38,060 nucleotides of DNA. Origin: Acidimicrobiales bacterium (GTDB taxonomy: Bacteria > Actinomycetota > Acidimicrobiia > Acidimicrobiales > Microtrichaceae). Location of the stretch: assembly GCA_038245795.1 (NCBI GenBank), contig JBBRSC010000001.1, positions 1 through 38,060 of the forward strand, read 5' to 3'. The number at the start of each line of letters is the position of its first letter. Within the stretch, counting starts at the first letter, position 1. Below are positions 9,881 through 19,743 of the stretch, one piece after another. Made by a program: the position numbers and the translations under genes. The notes under the pieces are model-generated. The model made no database searches. It saw only the letters and a program-made list of their open reading frames with translations, and was not told where the DNA came from.

Positions 9881-10875
9881 CGATCAGCACCGGTCGAGAT
9901 CTGTTCGCGCTCCCCAAAGGTCATCTCCATCTGCACCTCGAGGGCGGCATGCGCCCCGAGACCTTGGCCGAGTTGGCCCACGGATACGGCATGGAGGTCC
10001 CGGTCGTCAGCGGCTTTGGTTCGTTCACGGCCTTCGCCGACATGTACGTCGCGGCATGCGCCGTACTGCGCACCCCAGACGACTTGGCGCGACTGGTCGA
10101 CGAGACCGTGGCCGACGCGGCCGCGAGCGGTGCGGTGTGGTTCGAGCCGAGCTTCTACCCACCGCATCATCGAGCCACGTTCGGGTCCGATGAGGTATCA
10201 CTCGAGATCGTGCTCGACGCGTTAGCTGCGTCTGCCAAGCGTCATGGGGTGGCGTGCGGTCTGATGATGGGCACCGACCGGACCGTGGACCCCGCCGAAG
10301 CTGTGGTGCTGGCGCATCTTGCGGTCACGCATCGCGAGGCGGGGGTCGTGAGCCTGGGGCTGGCCAACGATGAGGTCATCGGCGCGCCCGAGGAGTATGT
10401 CGAAGCGTTCGAGATCGGTCGTGCTGGCGGATTGCTATCCACGCCCCACGCCGGCGAGCTGTGCGGACCCGAGTCGGTGCGCGGCGCTCTCGACACGCTC
10501 GGCGCGAATCGTCTGCAGCATGGCGTCCGGGCGATCGAGGATCCGGATCTCGTCAAGCGGCTCGCGGATGAAGGGGTCTGTTGCGACGTGTGCCCCACGT
10601 CCAACGTGTTGTTGGCAGTCGTGCCGGATCTCGCGTCGCATCCGCTGCGGGCGCTGTTGGCCGCGGGGGTGCCGTGCTCGATCAACGGCGACGATCCGCT
10701 GTTGTTCGGGCCGGGACTGCTGGAGGAGTACGAATTGTGCCGAACCGACCTCGGGCTGAGCGACGAAGACTTCGCCATGGTGGCCCGGGCATCGCTGACC
10801 CACTCCGGAGCGCCGTCCGATGTCGTGACCAAGGGACTCGCCCGCGTCGACGCTTGGATCGCCGCACCAGCCTGA
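9877..10875 (+). CDS. add: Adenosine/adenine deaminase family protein
   Basis: GTGA overlap with the permease-2 stop. Metal-ligand blocks HLHLHLEGG, TPHAGE and SINGDDPLLFG. Confidence 0.8.
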   Translation: MTISTGRDLFALPKGHLHLHLEGGMRPETLAELAHGYGMEVPVVSGFGSFTAFADMYVAACAVLRTPDDLARLVDETVADAAASGAVWFEPSFYPPHHRATFGSDEVSLEIVLDALAASAKRHGVACGLMMGTDRTVDPAEAVVLAHLAVTHREAGVVSLGLANDEVIGAPEEYVEAFEIGRAGGLLSTPHAGELCGPESVRGALDTLGANRLQHGVRAIEDPDLVKRLADEGVCCDVCPTSNVLLAVVPDLASHPLRALLAAGVPCSINGDDPLLFGPGLLEEYELCRTDLGLSDEDFAMVARASLTHSGAPSDVVTKGLARVDAWIAAPA

Positions 10876-10887
10876 GCCTCACCCGCG

Positions 10888-12267
10888 TCACTCCAACATT
10901 TCATTCAGGAGCGCATTGGCTCGGCGGGCGAGTTCGCGTTCGTCCTCGCGAACCAGCCGGCCCTCGCGCACCACGATCTCGCCGCCACACACCACCGTGT
11001 GGGCTCGATCCGACAACCCCGCCAACACCAATCCGATGAGGGGATCGTGCTGGCCGACCCGGTCGACCGTTCCAAGATCCCAACAGGAGATGTCGGCCGC
11101 CGCACCTACCTCGATGCGACCCAGTTCGAGCCGGCCGAGACATCCTGCCGACCCACGTGTGGCCATGGCCAACAGCTCACGCGCCGTCGGCCAACGGTCT
11201 GGATCCGGCTCACCGAAACGATGCGCGAGTGCTGCCAGACGAAGGTCGCCGAGCAGGTTGGCGCCATCGTTGCTGGCCGAGCCCGTGGTGCCGAAGCCGA
11301 CGTTGACGCCCGCCTCAAGAAACTCCCGTAACGGCGCGCATCCCCATCCCATCCGTAGATCCGGAGCCGGAAGGTGCGCCACCGATACCCCCGCCGCGGC
11401 CAATTGGGGGATCTCGTCGGCCGGAATGTCGACCACGTGCGCCACCCATGTCGCATCGTGAGCCCAACCGTGTCGAACCAGGAACTCCCACGGCGTGCAG
11501 CCGTAGCGCTCCTTGGCGAACGCCGTGTCGACCACCTCGTACAGATGCGTGTGCAGCCGCACCCCGGCGTACAACTCGGCCAGCCCGGCAAATGCCTCGA
11601 ACAGATCCGGGCCATCGACGTGCACCCCACACGGCGAAAGATCCACGCGAATCTGCGCACCCCGCCGCGGATCATGGAACTCCTCGATCAGCGCGCTGGC
11701 ATGGCGAAGGACCTCGCCGTGGTCCTGCACCAATCGCGGGTCCGCCGAGCCACCCTGCTCCCGGCCCAAGGTCAGCGTGCCGCGACCAGCGTGAAGCCGC
11801 GAACCAACCCGACGCGCCGCTCCGATCGTGGCTTCGATCAGCGGCTGCGTCGGCCCCGCATGATGCAGATAGTGCTGGTCGGCGGTGGTGGTCACCCCGC
11901 CCAGTAGCGACTCGGCCAACCCACATGCTGCCAGCGCCCCGATCAGCTCTGGCCCGAGCCGACCCGATTCCCACCAGTCGACACACCGCGCACCCAAGCC
12001 TGCGAGCCACGGTCCGATGAGCGCTCGTTCCAGCTCCGGAATGGCCCGAAGCCCCACCTGGTAGAGATGCTGATGGGCGTTGATCAACCCCGGCAGCACC
12101 AACAACTCCGACGCGTCGATGACCACGGCCCCCGTCGGTACGTCGAGTCCATCGCCGATCGAGGTGATCCAGCCATCCACGCAGTGGACGTCGACGTCCC
12201 GGAGCTCTCGGTCAGTTTCGTCGAAGGTAGCGAGATGGGCGATGTTGCGGAGCACCAGGTTCGTCAT
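10888..12267 (-). CDS. Amidohydrolase-superfamily deaminase (guanine/8-oxoguanine/pterin deaminase-like)
   Basis: LPGLINAHQHLYQ, LHTHLYE, VAHVVD and FGTTGSASND. Start is taken at ATG 12267 (MTNLVLRNIAHLATF). The upstream 149 codons of the track ORF cross the divergent promoter region. Confidence 0.75.
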   Translation of the reverse strand: MTNLVLRNIAHLATFDETDRELRDVDVHCVDGWITSIGDGLDVPTGAVVIDASELLVLPGLINAHQHLYQVGLRAIPELERALIGPWLAGLGARCVDWWESGRLGPELIGALAACGLAESLLGGVTTTADQHYLHHAGPTQPLIEATIGAARRVGSRLHAGRGTLTLGREQGGSADPRLVQDHGEVLRHASALIEEFHDPRRGAQIRVDLSPCGVHVDGPDLFEAFAGLAELYAGVRLHTHLYEVVDTAFAKERYGCTPWEFLVRHGWAHDATWVAHVVDIPADEIPQLAAAGVSVAHLPAPDLRMGWGCAPLREFLEAGVNVGFGTTGSASNDGANLLGDLRLAALAHRFGEPDPDRWPTARELLAMATRGSAGCLGRLELGRIEVGAAADISCWDLGTVDRVGQHDPLIGLVLAGLSDRAHTVVCGGEIVVREGRLVREDERELARRANALLNEMLE

Positions 12268-12320
12268 CGGACCATCATCGGCCCGTTGTGTTGCCGCCGC
12301 GTGAACAGTGCCGCGTTTAC

Positions 12321-12350
12321 CTGACAGTTTGTTGAAGTTGGGCGTAACTT
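12321..12350 (+). promoter_or_regulatory. Candidate leaderless promoter of the Mo-hydroxylase operon, including motif copy C
   Basis: CTGACA-N18-TAACTT, then 7 nt to GTG 12358. ACAGTTTGTTGAA (12324-12336) sits in the -35/spacer. Confidence 0.45.
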
Positions 12351-12357
12351 CGCGCCT

Positions 12358-13191
12358 GTGAAGCCACCCCCCTTCGCCTACTGCGACCCCGAGACCGTCG
12401 CCGACGTGTGCGACTTGCTGACCGAATGGGTCGACGACGCTGCGCTGCTGGCGGGGGGGCAGAGCCTCATCCCGTTGCTCAACCTGCGACTCGCCCGCCC
12501 CGGCCTGGTGATCGATCTCGGCCGGGTCGCCGGCCTCGACACGATTGAGCACCTCGCCACGGCACCCAACCACGCGGTCGTGCGATGTGGCGCTGGCGTC
12601 GGCGTCACTGCGTTGGCCACAGCGCATCCGGGCGCAGGAGTGGCCGAAGCCATCCACTGGATCGGCCATCCCCAGATCCGTGCTCGCACCACCGTCGGCG
12701 GCACCATCGCCCACGCCGACTCTGCCGCCGAACTCCCCGCCGTTTTGATGGCACTCGACGGTTCAGTCACTCTCCGCTCCGCCACATCGGAGCGGACCGT
12801 GATGGCGCAGGACTGGTTCGACGGGCCCTTTTCCACAACACGCGAGCCCGAGGAATTCATCGTGTCAGTCGATGTGCCGGTGCCCGATGGACCATCGTGG
12901 TGGGGGGAGGTGGCACGACGCCGCGGCGACTTCGCGTTGGTCGGAATGTTCGTGGCCCGCGATCGCGACACGTGGCGCGTTGCCCTCTCGGGCGTGGGAC
13001 CCACACCGGTCCGGGCATCCGGATGTGAGGGCGCGTTGGCGGGCGGCACGCTCGACGAGGCTTGCGCTGCCTTGGACCTCGATCTGGACCCGCCCGACGA
13101 TCTGCACGCCGGATCGAACCACCGTCGGTCGATTGCCCGTCAGTTGCTCCGCCGAGCGATGAGCGAACTCACCCCGGCGGTCGCGGCATGA
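12358..13191 (+). CDS. Mo-hydroxylase FAD-binding (medium, CoxM/XdhB-like) subunit
   Basis: 277 aa. AGGQSLIPLLNLRLARP FAD-binding block. First gene of the overlapping three-subunit set. Confidence 0.8.
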   Translation: MKPPPFAYCDPETVADVCDLLTEWVDDAALLAGGQSLIPLLNLRLARPGLVIDLGRVAGLDTIEHLATAPNHAVVRCGAGVGVTALATAHPGAGVAEAIHWIGHPQIRARTTVGGTIAHADSAAELPAVLMALDGSVTLRSATSERTVMAQDWFDGPFSTTREPEEFIVSVDVPVPDGPSWWGEVARRRGDFALVGMFVARDRDTWRVALSGVGPTPVRASGCEGALAGGTLDEACAALDLDLDPPDDLHAGSNHRRSIARQLLRRAMSELTPAVAA

Positions 13192-13700
13192 CGGCCATCA
13201 CCCCGGCGACCGATACCCGCGACACGACGTTCGTCCTCAATGGCACCGAGACCACGTTGAGGGTTCGACCGCGGACCCTGCTCAGCGACGCGCTCCGACA
13301 CGATGCCAGAGTTCACGGAACCCACGTCGGATGCGAACAGGGCGCATGCGGCGCCTGCACCGTGATCGTCGACGATGTGGCCCGTCGATCGTGTCTGACC
13401 CTGACCCCGCAGGTCCACGGGCGCATTGTCGAAACCATCGAGTCGGTGGCTGGGACCGTGGGCCTGGATCCCATCCAGCAGGCCATCCACGACGCCCACG
13501 GCCTGCAGTGCGGATTCTGCACGCCGGGCATCGTCATGTCGCTCGTTGCCGCGCGCCGAGCCGGGGCGGATCGCACGATCGCCGTCGACGAAGTGCTCGA
13601 CGGTCATCTCTGTCGATGCACCGGCTACATCAATTTGCGCGCCGCCATCGAGCTTGCGTGGAACGAACTGGAACCCAATTCCCTGGAGCCATCGTCGTGA
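13188..13700 (+). CDS. Mo-hydroxylase [2Fe-2S] (small, CoxS/XdhC-type ferredoxin) subunit
   Basis: ATGA overlap. Two cluster motifs, CEQGACGACTV and QCGFCTPG...CRCTGY. Confidence 0.85.
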   Translation: MTAITPATDTRDTTFVLNGTETTLRVRPRTLLSDALRHDARVHGTHVGCEQGACGACTVIVDDVARRSCLTLTPQVHGRIVETIESVAGTVGLDPIQQAIHDAHGLQCGFCTPGIVMSLVAARRAGADRTIAVDEVLDGHLCRCTGYINLRAAIELAWNELEPNSLEPSS

Positions 13701-16063
13701 CACTGCTGGACCCGACGCATTCGGTGACCCGTCATGTCGGTGCACGCCACGAGCGACTCGAGGATCGCCCATTTCTTGTGGGCGACTCCCGCTACAGCGA
13801 CGACATTGAACTCCCGGGTCTCCTGCACGCCGCCATCATCCGGAGCCCGAGCCCGCACGGCATCGTCCGTTCCGTCGACACCAGCGAGTTGACCGTTCCC
13901 GTCGACTTGGTGCTCGGACCCGACGAGATCGCCGCAACCAGCAACCCATGTCCGATCCACTGGATCCTGCCCGAGCAGTGGCAGACCGAACGACCTCTGT
14001 ACGACGGACGTGTCCGCTTCGTGGGTGACCCCATCGGTGTCGTGGTGGCGGCTGACCGGTATCTCGCGGAGGACGCGCTCGACGAGATCTTCGTCGACAT
14101 CGAGGAGCTCCCGCCGGTGGTGGGAATCGATGCGGCGCTGGCTGACATGACGTTGCTCTACCCCGACCGGGGCACCAACGTCATGGCCCAATGGATGGCC
14201 GGAGATGATGCCGTGCACACCGACGCTGTGTTCACCGCCGCTGAGTCCTCCCTCTCGATTCCGCTACGAATCGGCCGCGTGGCCGGGGTGCCGATGGAGA
14301 TTCGAGCCATCGTCGTCGACCCCGGTCGACCTGGGCGCGACGGCCGCCCCGAGAAGCTCACCATCTGGACCTCCACACAGGCCCCGCATGCCGTCCGTGA
14401 CGCCGTGGCCGAAGTGTGTCGGATCCCACAGCACCGCATCCGGGTCATCGGGCCCGACGTCGGCGGCGGGTTCGGGGTCAAGGACCACGCCTATGAGGAC
14501 GAGTTGATGGTGGTGCTGGCAGCGCTGAAGCTGGGCCGGCCAGTGAAGTGGATCGAGGACCGATGGGAGTCGCTCACCACCACCACCCAGGCTCGCGATG
14601 AGCAGTACACCATCGACATCGCCTACGACCGTGACGGCACCCTTCGCGGGATCCGCCTCGACGCCGTACGCGATGCGGGCGCCTACTTCTCGATCTTCGG
14701 CGCCGGTCCGCTGTTCGCCATGACCGGCACGCTCGGCGGCCCGTACCGGTGGGACGCGGTGTCATCGCATGCCCGCGCCGTGGCATCAACTACCTGTCCC
14801 AATCACAGCTACCGAGGATTCGGCCAGACGCAGGCCACCTTCGTCCGGGAATTGGCCGTCGACGCAGTAGCGGCCGAGCTCGGGATGGACCCGATCGAGC
14901 TGCGACTCAAGAACTGCATCACCCCCGACGAACAGCCGTACCAATTGCGTACCGGACCGATGAAATACGACGACGGCGACTACCCGACGTCGCTCCGGAT
15001 GGCCCGCGCAATGGCTGACGCGTGGCCACCGGTGCCCGACGATGGCCGCCGCTGGGGAACCGCCACGTCGATCTATGTGCAACAGGCTGGCGTTGGGCCA
15101 TCGCAGGGCAACCCTCACGTCGGACTCCAGATCGGCTCCTGGGAATCAACGACGTTGCGCATGGAACGCGACGGCACCGTCCGGGCTTATGTCGGCGTGT
15201 CGTCGCATGGACAAGGCCACGCCACCACGTTCGCCCAACTCATCGCTGATCGATTGGGATGCGAACCGGAACAGGTCGAGGTGATCCATTCCGATACCGA
15301 CGTGACCCCCTACTCCGCCTACGGCACGGCGGCGTCGCGTTCCATCGCGGTCGGCGGTGGCTCGGCGGTACTGGCGGCAGAACAGTTGGCGGCGAGGTTG
15401 TGCGCCATTGCCGCTGAAATCCTCGAGGCGTCGCCCGACGACATCGTGCTCGACTCGGGTACCGCGTCGGTTGTGGGAACACCAGCTCGATCGCTCGACC
15501 TCGCCGAGGTCGCCAATCGAGCATGGCAGGGCTGGGCGCTCCCCGCGGGCTACGACGCCGGACTGGTCGAGCATGCCGTGTACGAGCCGCCCGAGTTCAC
15601 GTGGAGCTACGCCACGCATAGCTGTCGGGTGGCCGTGGACCCCGAGACCGGCTTGGTCGAAATCGACCGGTACGCCGTCGTGATGGACTGCGGCACTGTC
15701 GTCAATCCCACGATCGTCGAGGGCCAAATCCACGGCGGCGTCGCCCAAGGCCTCGGCCCCGCGTTGTGCGAGGAAGTTGTGGTCGACGAAACCGGCCAGC
15801 CTCGTACAACCACGTTGCTCGACTATCTCGTCCCCACCAGTTCGCTGATGCCGAACATCGAGATCGCCTTCCAGGTGACACCGTCGCCTCATACCCCCGG
15901 CGGCATGAAAGGCATGGGCGAAGGTGGCACGAACGGCGGCTTCAGTTGTGTCGTGAACGCCGTGCGCGCCGCGCTTCCGGAAGCCGCACACCGACTCACG
16001 CAGACCCCATTCACCCCGGCGCGCGTGTGGAGCGCGCTCCATCCCGACCAGGAGACACCATGA
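13697..16063 (+). CDS. Mo-hydroxylase molybdopterin-binding (large) subunit
   Basis: GTGA overlap with the small-subunit stop. [12 protein letters not shown] and the catalytic-Glu block [10 protein letters not shown] saw no CODH-type VAYRCSFR loop, so it is more XDH/aldehyde-oxidase-like than CO dehydrogenase. Confidence 0.85.
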   Translation: MTLLDPTHSVTRHVGARHERLEDRPFLVGDSRYSDDIELPGLLHAAIIRSPSPHGIVRSVDTSELTVPVDLVLGPDEIAATSNPCPIHWILPEQWQTERPLYDGRVRFVGDPIGVVVAADRYLAEDALDEIFVDIEELPPVVGIDAALADMTLLYPDRGTNVMAQWMAGDDAVHTDAVFTAAESSLSIPLRIGRVAGVPMEIRAIVVDPGRPGRDGRPEKLTIWTSTQAPHAVRDAVAEVCRIPQHRIRVIGPDVGGGFGVKDHAYEDELMVVLAALKLGRPVKWIEDRWESLTTTTQARDEQYTIDIAYDRDGTLRGIRLDAVRDAGAYFSIFGAGPLFAMTGTLGGPYRWDAVSSHARAVASTTCPNHSYRGFGQTQATFVRELAVDAVAAELGMDPIELRLKNCITPDEQPYQLRTGPMKYDDGDYPTSLRMARAMADAWPPVPDDGRRWGTATSIYVQQAGVGPSQGNPHVGLQIGSWESTTLRMERDGTVRAYVGVSSHGQGHATTFAQLIADRLGCEPEQVEVIHSDTDVTPYSAYGTAASRSIAVGGGSAVLAAEQLAARLCAIAAEILEASPDDIVLDSGTASVVGTPARSLDLAEVANRAWQGWALPAGYDAGLVEHAVYEPPEFTWSYATHSCRVAVDPETGLVEIDRYAVVMDCGTVVNPTIVEGQIHGGVAQGLGPALCEEVVVDETGQPRTTTLLDYLVPTSSLMPNIEIAFQVTPSPHTPGGMKGMGEGGTNGGFSCVVNAVRAALPEAAHRLTQTPFTPARVWSALHPDQETP

Positions 16064-17265
16064 CGATCTCAGAGATGATCCCAACCAACATCACCACTGC
16101 CCTCATTGGTGGCCGGGTCCTCGACCCCGCCAACGGACTCGATGTGATCGGTGATGTCGTCACCACCGATGGGCTCATCGTCGCTGTCGGTCCCGACGCT
16201 GCGCTGGCCTACCCAGACGCCGAGCGGATCGACTGCTCCGGTCTGGTGGTCACCCCCGGGCTGATCGACCTGCACGTCCACATCTATCCCGGGCTCGGCA
16301 ACTTCTGCGTCGGTCCAGATCAGGCCGGCGTCGAACGCGGGGTACCGATCGTGGTCGACGGTGGCACATCGGGCACCGCCACCATGCAGATCGCGCTCGA
16401 CTGGATCGATGCCGCCAAGCCGAAGACCCGCGTTCTGAACTTCATGGATCCGAACTCGCTCTACCTCGCGACCCACGACTTCATCTGCCACAAATTGGAG
16501 ATCGCCAACGATGTTCGCAACCTCGATCTCGAGGGCGCGTCGGCGATGATCGAGCGTCATGCCGATCGCATCGTGGGGTTCAAGGTCCGCGCGTGCCACA
16601 CAGGGGACCCCGAGACATCGCCGTTCCTTGAAGGCGCCAAGTCGATTGCGGGCAATCTGCCGATCATGGTGCACCTCGGACGCTTTCCGCACACGGCCTC
16701 GATCACCACGGACTCACTGCTCGATGCATTGCGCCCCGGCGACATCATCACTCACGCCTTCCGCGGCGCGTCGGGTGCGCTGGCCCGCCCCGAGCGTCTC
16801 CCGACCAGCCACTTCCGCGCCGCCGCCGACCGGGGTGTGCGGCTCGACGTGGGCCACTCGGCCACCGACTTCCGGTTCCGTGATGCACGCGAGATCATCG
16901 ACGCTGGCTACCCGCCGGACACCATCTCGACGGACATGAACCGCTTCAATATCGACCATCCAGTGATTTCGTTGGCCGAAACCATGTCAAAGATCCTCGC
17001 TCTGGGTGTGTCGCTGTCCGATGTGATCGCCATGGCCACCATCAACTCGGCGACCTCGATCCATCGCGAGAACGAGTTGGGCACGCTGTCCATCGGGCGA
17101 GCCGCTGAGGTGTCCGTGCTTCGGATCGAGGAGGGGCCAGCCTCGCTGACCGACGGATACGAGACAGTCCAGGCGAACGAGCGCCTCGTGCCCGTGGGTT
17201 GTCTCCGTGCCGGCGAATGGATTGCGGCGACGGCGGGGCTGCAGCCGGCCCTCGCCGCGGCCTGA
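16060..17265 (+). CDS. Amidohydrolase/deacetylase-family metallohydrolase (dihydroorotase-like, COG3964-type)
   Basis: ATGA overlap. TPGLIDLHVHIYPG metal block, then HLGRFPH, ITHAFRG and LDVGHS. Confidence 0.7.
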   Translation: MTISEMIPTNITTALIGGRVLDPANGLDVIGDVVTTDGLIVAVGPDAALAYPDAERIDCSGLVVTPGLIDLHVHIYPGLGNFCVGPDQAGVERGVPIVVDGGTSGTATMQIALDWIDAAKPKTRVLNFMDPNSLYLATHDFICHKLEIANDVRNLDLEGASAMIERHADRIVGFKVRACHTGDPETSPFLEGAKSIAGNLPIMVHLGRFPHTASITTDSLLDALRPGDIITHAFRGASGALARPERLPTSHFRAAADRGVRLDVGHSATDFRFRDAREIIDAGYPPDTISTDMNRFNIDHPVISLAETMSKILALGVSLSDVIAMATINSATSIHRENELGTLSIGRAAEVSVLRIEEGPASLTDGYETVQANERLVPVGCLRAGEWIAATAGLQPALAAA

Positions 17266-17298
17266 CCGCCCGGCCGACCCGAGGCGAGCATCGACGAC

Positions 17299-18321
17299 AT
17301 GAACGCGCTCGGCCAGGTGACGGTTGCGGTTCCGCACGACGAGCGGCTCAGACCGATCGTGCGCGCGCTGCGGGGAACGGCACCAGTTGTCGGGCGTTCG
17401 CTGGCTGAGCTCCGCAGCGAGCTGATCTCGCACCACGCCTCCGATGTCGAACGACTCCAACTCGATGGGTGGACGATCGAGACCATCGAGCCGGTAACGA
17501 CCATCGAGACAGCAGCGGATGGGAATTCCGTCGGAGCGGTGCGGGTGCCTTCGCTGATGACGGCGAAACGTTCGGTTCCAATTCCTCCAATACCTCGGCC
17601 CGTCGGCACGGTCATTGGCCTTCACGGCGGCGGGTACGTCGTGTGCTCCGCGCTCACTCACATTGCTCGCTTCGTACGGATGGTCCCGGCCGGGTGGGAT
17701 GTCGTCGTGCCGGAGTATCGATTGGCGCCAGAACATCCGTGTCCGTGCGCCATCGACGATGCGGTGGCAACCATCCGCTCCGTGCGCTCACGCACCCCAC
17801 CCGACCACCGAATCGTGCTCGTCGGCGACTCGGCCGGAGCCGGGCTGGTGCTCGCCACGTTGCAGGCGCTGGTCCGCAATCCGACGGCATCGGTCGACGC
17901 TGCGGTGTGTATCTCGCCGTGGGTCGATCTGACGTGTTCGTTCCCGTCGCACAGCACGCTCCTCGACGCCGATCCCTTCGCACACCTCGACGACCTGCCC
18001 ACCTACGCTGCCGCCTATGCCGGGACGCTCCCCCTCGAGGATGCACGGGTATCGCCCCTCAACGGCGAGATGCGTGGGCTGCCACCGGTGCTCATTCAGG
18101 TGGGCTCCGACGAAATTCTGCTCGATGACGCCCGCTCGTTGGCCGCCGCCATCCACGCGGCTGGCGGAGACGTGCGACTCGAGGAGTGGGCGAAGATGTT
18201 CCATACCTGGCACGGACACTTCGGGTCGCTGACGGGCGCAGATCTCGCCTGCGATGCGATTGTCCGGTTCATCGATGCAGCCAGTGAACGTCCAGCCCAC
18301 GAACCAATCGAGGAACCATGA
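17299..18321 (+). CDS. Alpha/beta hydrolase, hormone-sensitive-lipase-like esterase
   Basis: Oxyanion HGGGY, nucleophile elbow GDSAGAG and a C-terminal His region (MFHTWHGH). Confidence 0.75.
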   Translation: MNALGQVTVAVPHDERLRPIVRALRGTAPVVGRSLAELRSELISHHASDVERLQLDGWTIETIEPVTTIETAADGNSVGAVRVPSLMTAKRSVPIPPIPRPVGTVIGLHGGGYVVCSALTHIARFVRMVPAGWDVVVPEYRLAPEHPCPCAIDDAVATIRSVRSRTPPDHRIVLVGDSAGAGLVLATLQALVRNPTASVDAAVCISPWVDLTCSFPSHSTLLDADPFAHLDDLPTYAAAYAGTLPLEDARVSPLNGEMRGLPPVLIQVGSDEILLDDARSLAAAIHAAGGDVRLEEWAKMFHTWHGHFGSLTGADLACDAIVRFIDAASERPAHEPIEEP

Positions 18322-19721
18322 CCGACCCCTCCATGCCAGCTGACCCCATCGTGCACGATCTCGTCCTGGCTGGTGCCCGAACGCTTGTCACCATGGACGC
18401 CGAACGACGGGAGATCGTTGGGGGGTGGATTGCAGTCGACGGTGGTGTCGTCACCGCGATTGGTGGGCCCGAAGACGAACCGGCGGCCCGGAGAACGGTG
18501 CGGGTTGACGGCTGCCTCGTCACGCCGGGGCTGGTGAACACGCACCACCACATCTACCAGAACCTCACGAGATCGTTCCCGCCAGCAACCACGTCGAATC
18601 TCTTCGGATGGTTGACGACGCTGTATCCGATCTGGGCGAACCTCGACGAAGAGTCCGCCTACCTGTCGGCGTGGATCGGCTTCGCTGAACTGGCGCTCGG
18701 CGGGTGCACGACCACCATGGACCATCTCTATGTCCATCCCCACAACGGTGGGGACCTGATCACCGCCGAGATCACGGCGGCGAAGGAACTCGGTATGAGG
18801 TTCCACGCGACACGCGGGTCGATGAGCCGGTCCAAGAAGGACGGCGGCCTGCCTCCGGATGAGGTCGTGCAGGATGACGACACGATCCTCGCCGACTCCG
18901 AGCGTCTGGTGGGCATGCATCACGATCGCTCTGATCACGCCATGGTGCAGGTTGCGCTGGCCCCGTGTTCGCCGTTCTCGGTGACCCCCGGGTTGATGAC
19001 CTCAACCGCCGAGTTGGCGGAGCGCCTCGATGTTCGGCTGCACACTCACTTGGCGGAGGATGTCGATGAGGACGCCTACTGCCTCGAGGTGTACGGCTGT
19101 CGACCACTCGAGTACTTCGAGGATGTTGGTTGGGGAACGAATCGTTCGTGGGTCGCGCACTGCGTGTACCCGAACCATGAGGAGATCCAGAAGATGGCGG
19201 CGTGGGGCACCGGCGTGGCGCACTGCCCCAGCTCCAATCAGATGATCGGCGCGGGGCTGGCGCCGGTTCGCGAGTATCGAGACGCCGGCGTGTCAGTCGG
19301 GCTCGGGTGCGATGGTTCGTCGTCCACAGATTCGGCGTCGCTGTGGATGGAGACCCGCAACGCGCTGCTGCTGGGCCGCTTGCGCGGTGGACCCGAGGCC
19401 ATGCAGGCCAGGGAGGCGCTGGAGATGGCAACCCTGGGTGGGGCGGATTGTCTCGGTCGGGGTGGCACCCTCGGGGTGCTCACACCAGGATCGGCGGCCG
19501 ACATCGTGGTCTGGCCGCTGGAGGGCGTGCAGTATGCGGGCGCTTGGTCGGATCCGGTCGAGGCGCTACTGAGATGTGGACCGAACGCTGCGCGTCACAC
19601 GATCATTGCGGGTCGCTTCGTGGTCGAAGATGGTCGTCTCGTGGACCAGCGGGTTCCGGAGATGCTGGTTCGACACGAGGCTGTCGCCCGCCGCTGGCAA
19701 GGCCTCGCAGCCCGCCCCTGA
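18318..19721 (+). CDS. 8-oxoguanine deaminase-like amidohydrolase
   Basis: ATGA overlap. TPGLVNTHHHIYQNLTR...LFGWLTTLYPIW...GGCTTTMDHLY, LHTHLAEDVDE, VAHCVY and LGCDGSSSTD match my memory of 8-oxoguanine deaminase blocks. Confidence 0.75.
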   Translation: MTDPSMPADPIVHDLVLAGARTLVTMDAERREIVGGWIAVDGGVVTAIGGPEDEPAARRTVRVDGCLVTPGLVNTHHHIYQNLTRSFPPATTSNLFGWLTTLYPIWANLDEESAYLSAWIGFAELALGGCTTTMDHLYVHPHNGGDLITAEITAAKELGMRFHATRGSMSRSKKDGGLPPDEVVQDDDTILADSERLVGMHHDRSDHAMVQVALAPCSPFSVTPGLMTSTAELAERLDVRLHTHLAEDVDEDAYCLEVYGCRPLEYFEDVGWGTNRSWVAHCVYPNHEEIQKMAAWGTGVAHCPSSNQMIGAGLAPVREYRDAGVSVGLGCDGSSSTDSASLWMETRNALLLGRLRGGPEAMQAREALEMATLGGADCLGRGGTLGVLTPGSAADIVVWPLEGVQYAGAWSDPVEALLRCGPNAARHTIIAGRFVVEDGRLVDQRVPEMLVRHEAVARRWQGLAARP

Positions 19722-19743
19722 CCAAGAACCCTCGTTCTGGGTC
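19720..19743. terminator. Hairpin spanning both stop codons of convergent genes
   Basis: GACCaAGAAC-cctc-GTTCTgGGTC. This gives 9 bp with one internal mismatch and overlaps TGA 19719-19721 and the minus-strand stop at 19742-19744. Confidence 0.35.

Noticed and set aside
12268-12714. 149-codon N-terminal extension of track ORF 10888-12714
   Set aside because: It runs through the divergent promoter region and into the FAD-subunit gene. The recognisable amidohydrolase N-terminus starts at ATG 12267.
13331-13696. Upstream part of track ORF 13331-16063, and likewise 15766-16059 and 13062-13187
   Set aside because: These are out-of-frame read-throughs over the preceding subunit genes. The GTGA/ATGA-coupled starts at 13697, 16060 and 13188 give normal subunit lengths.
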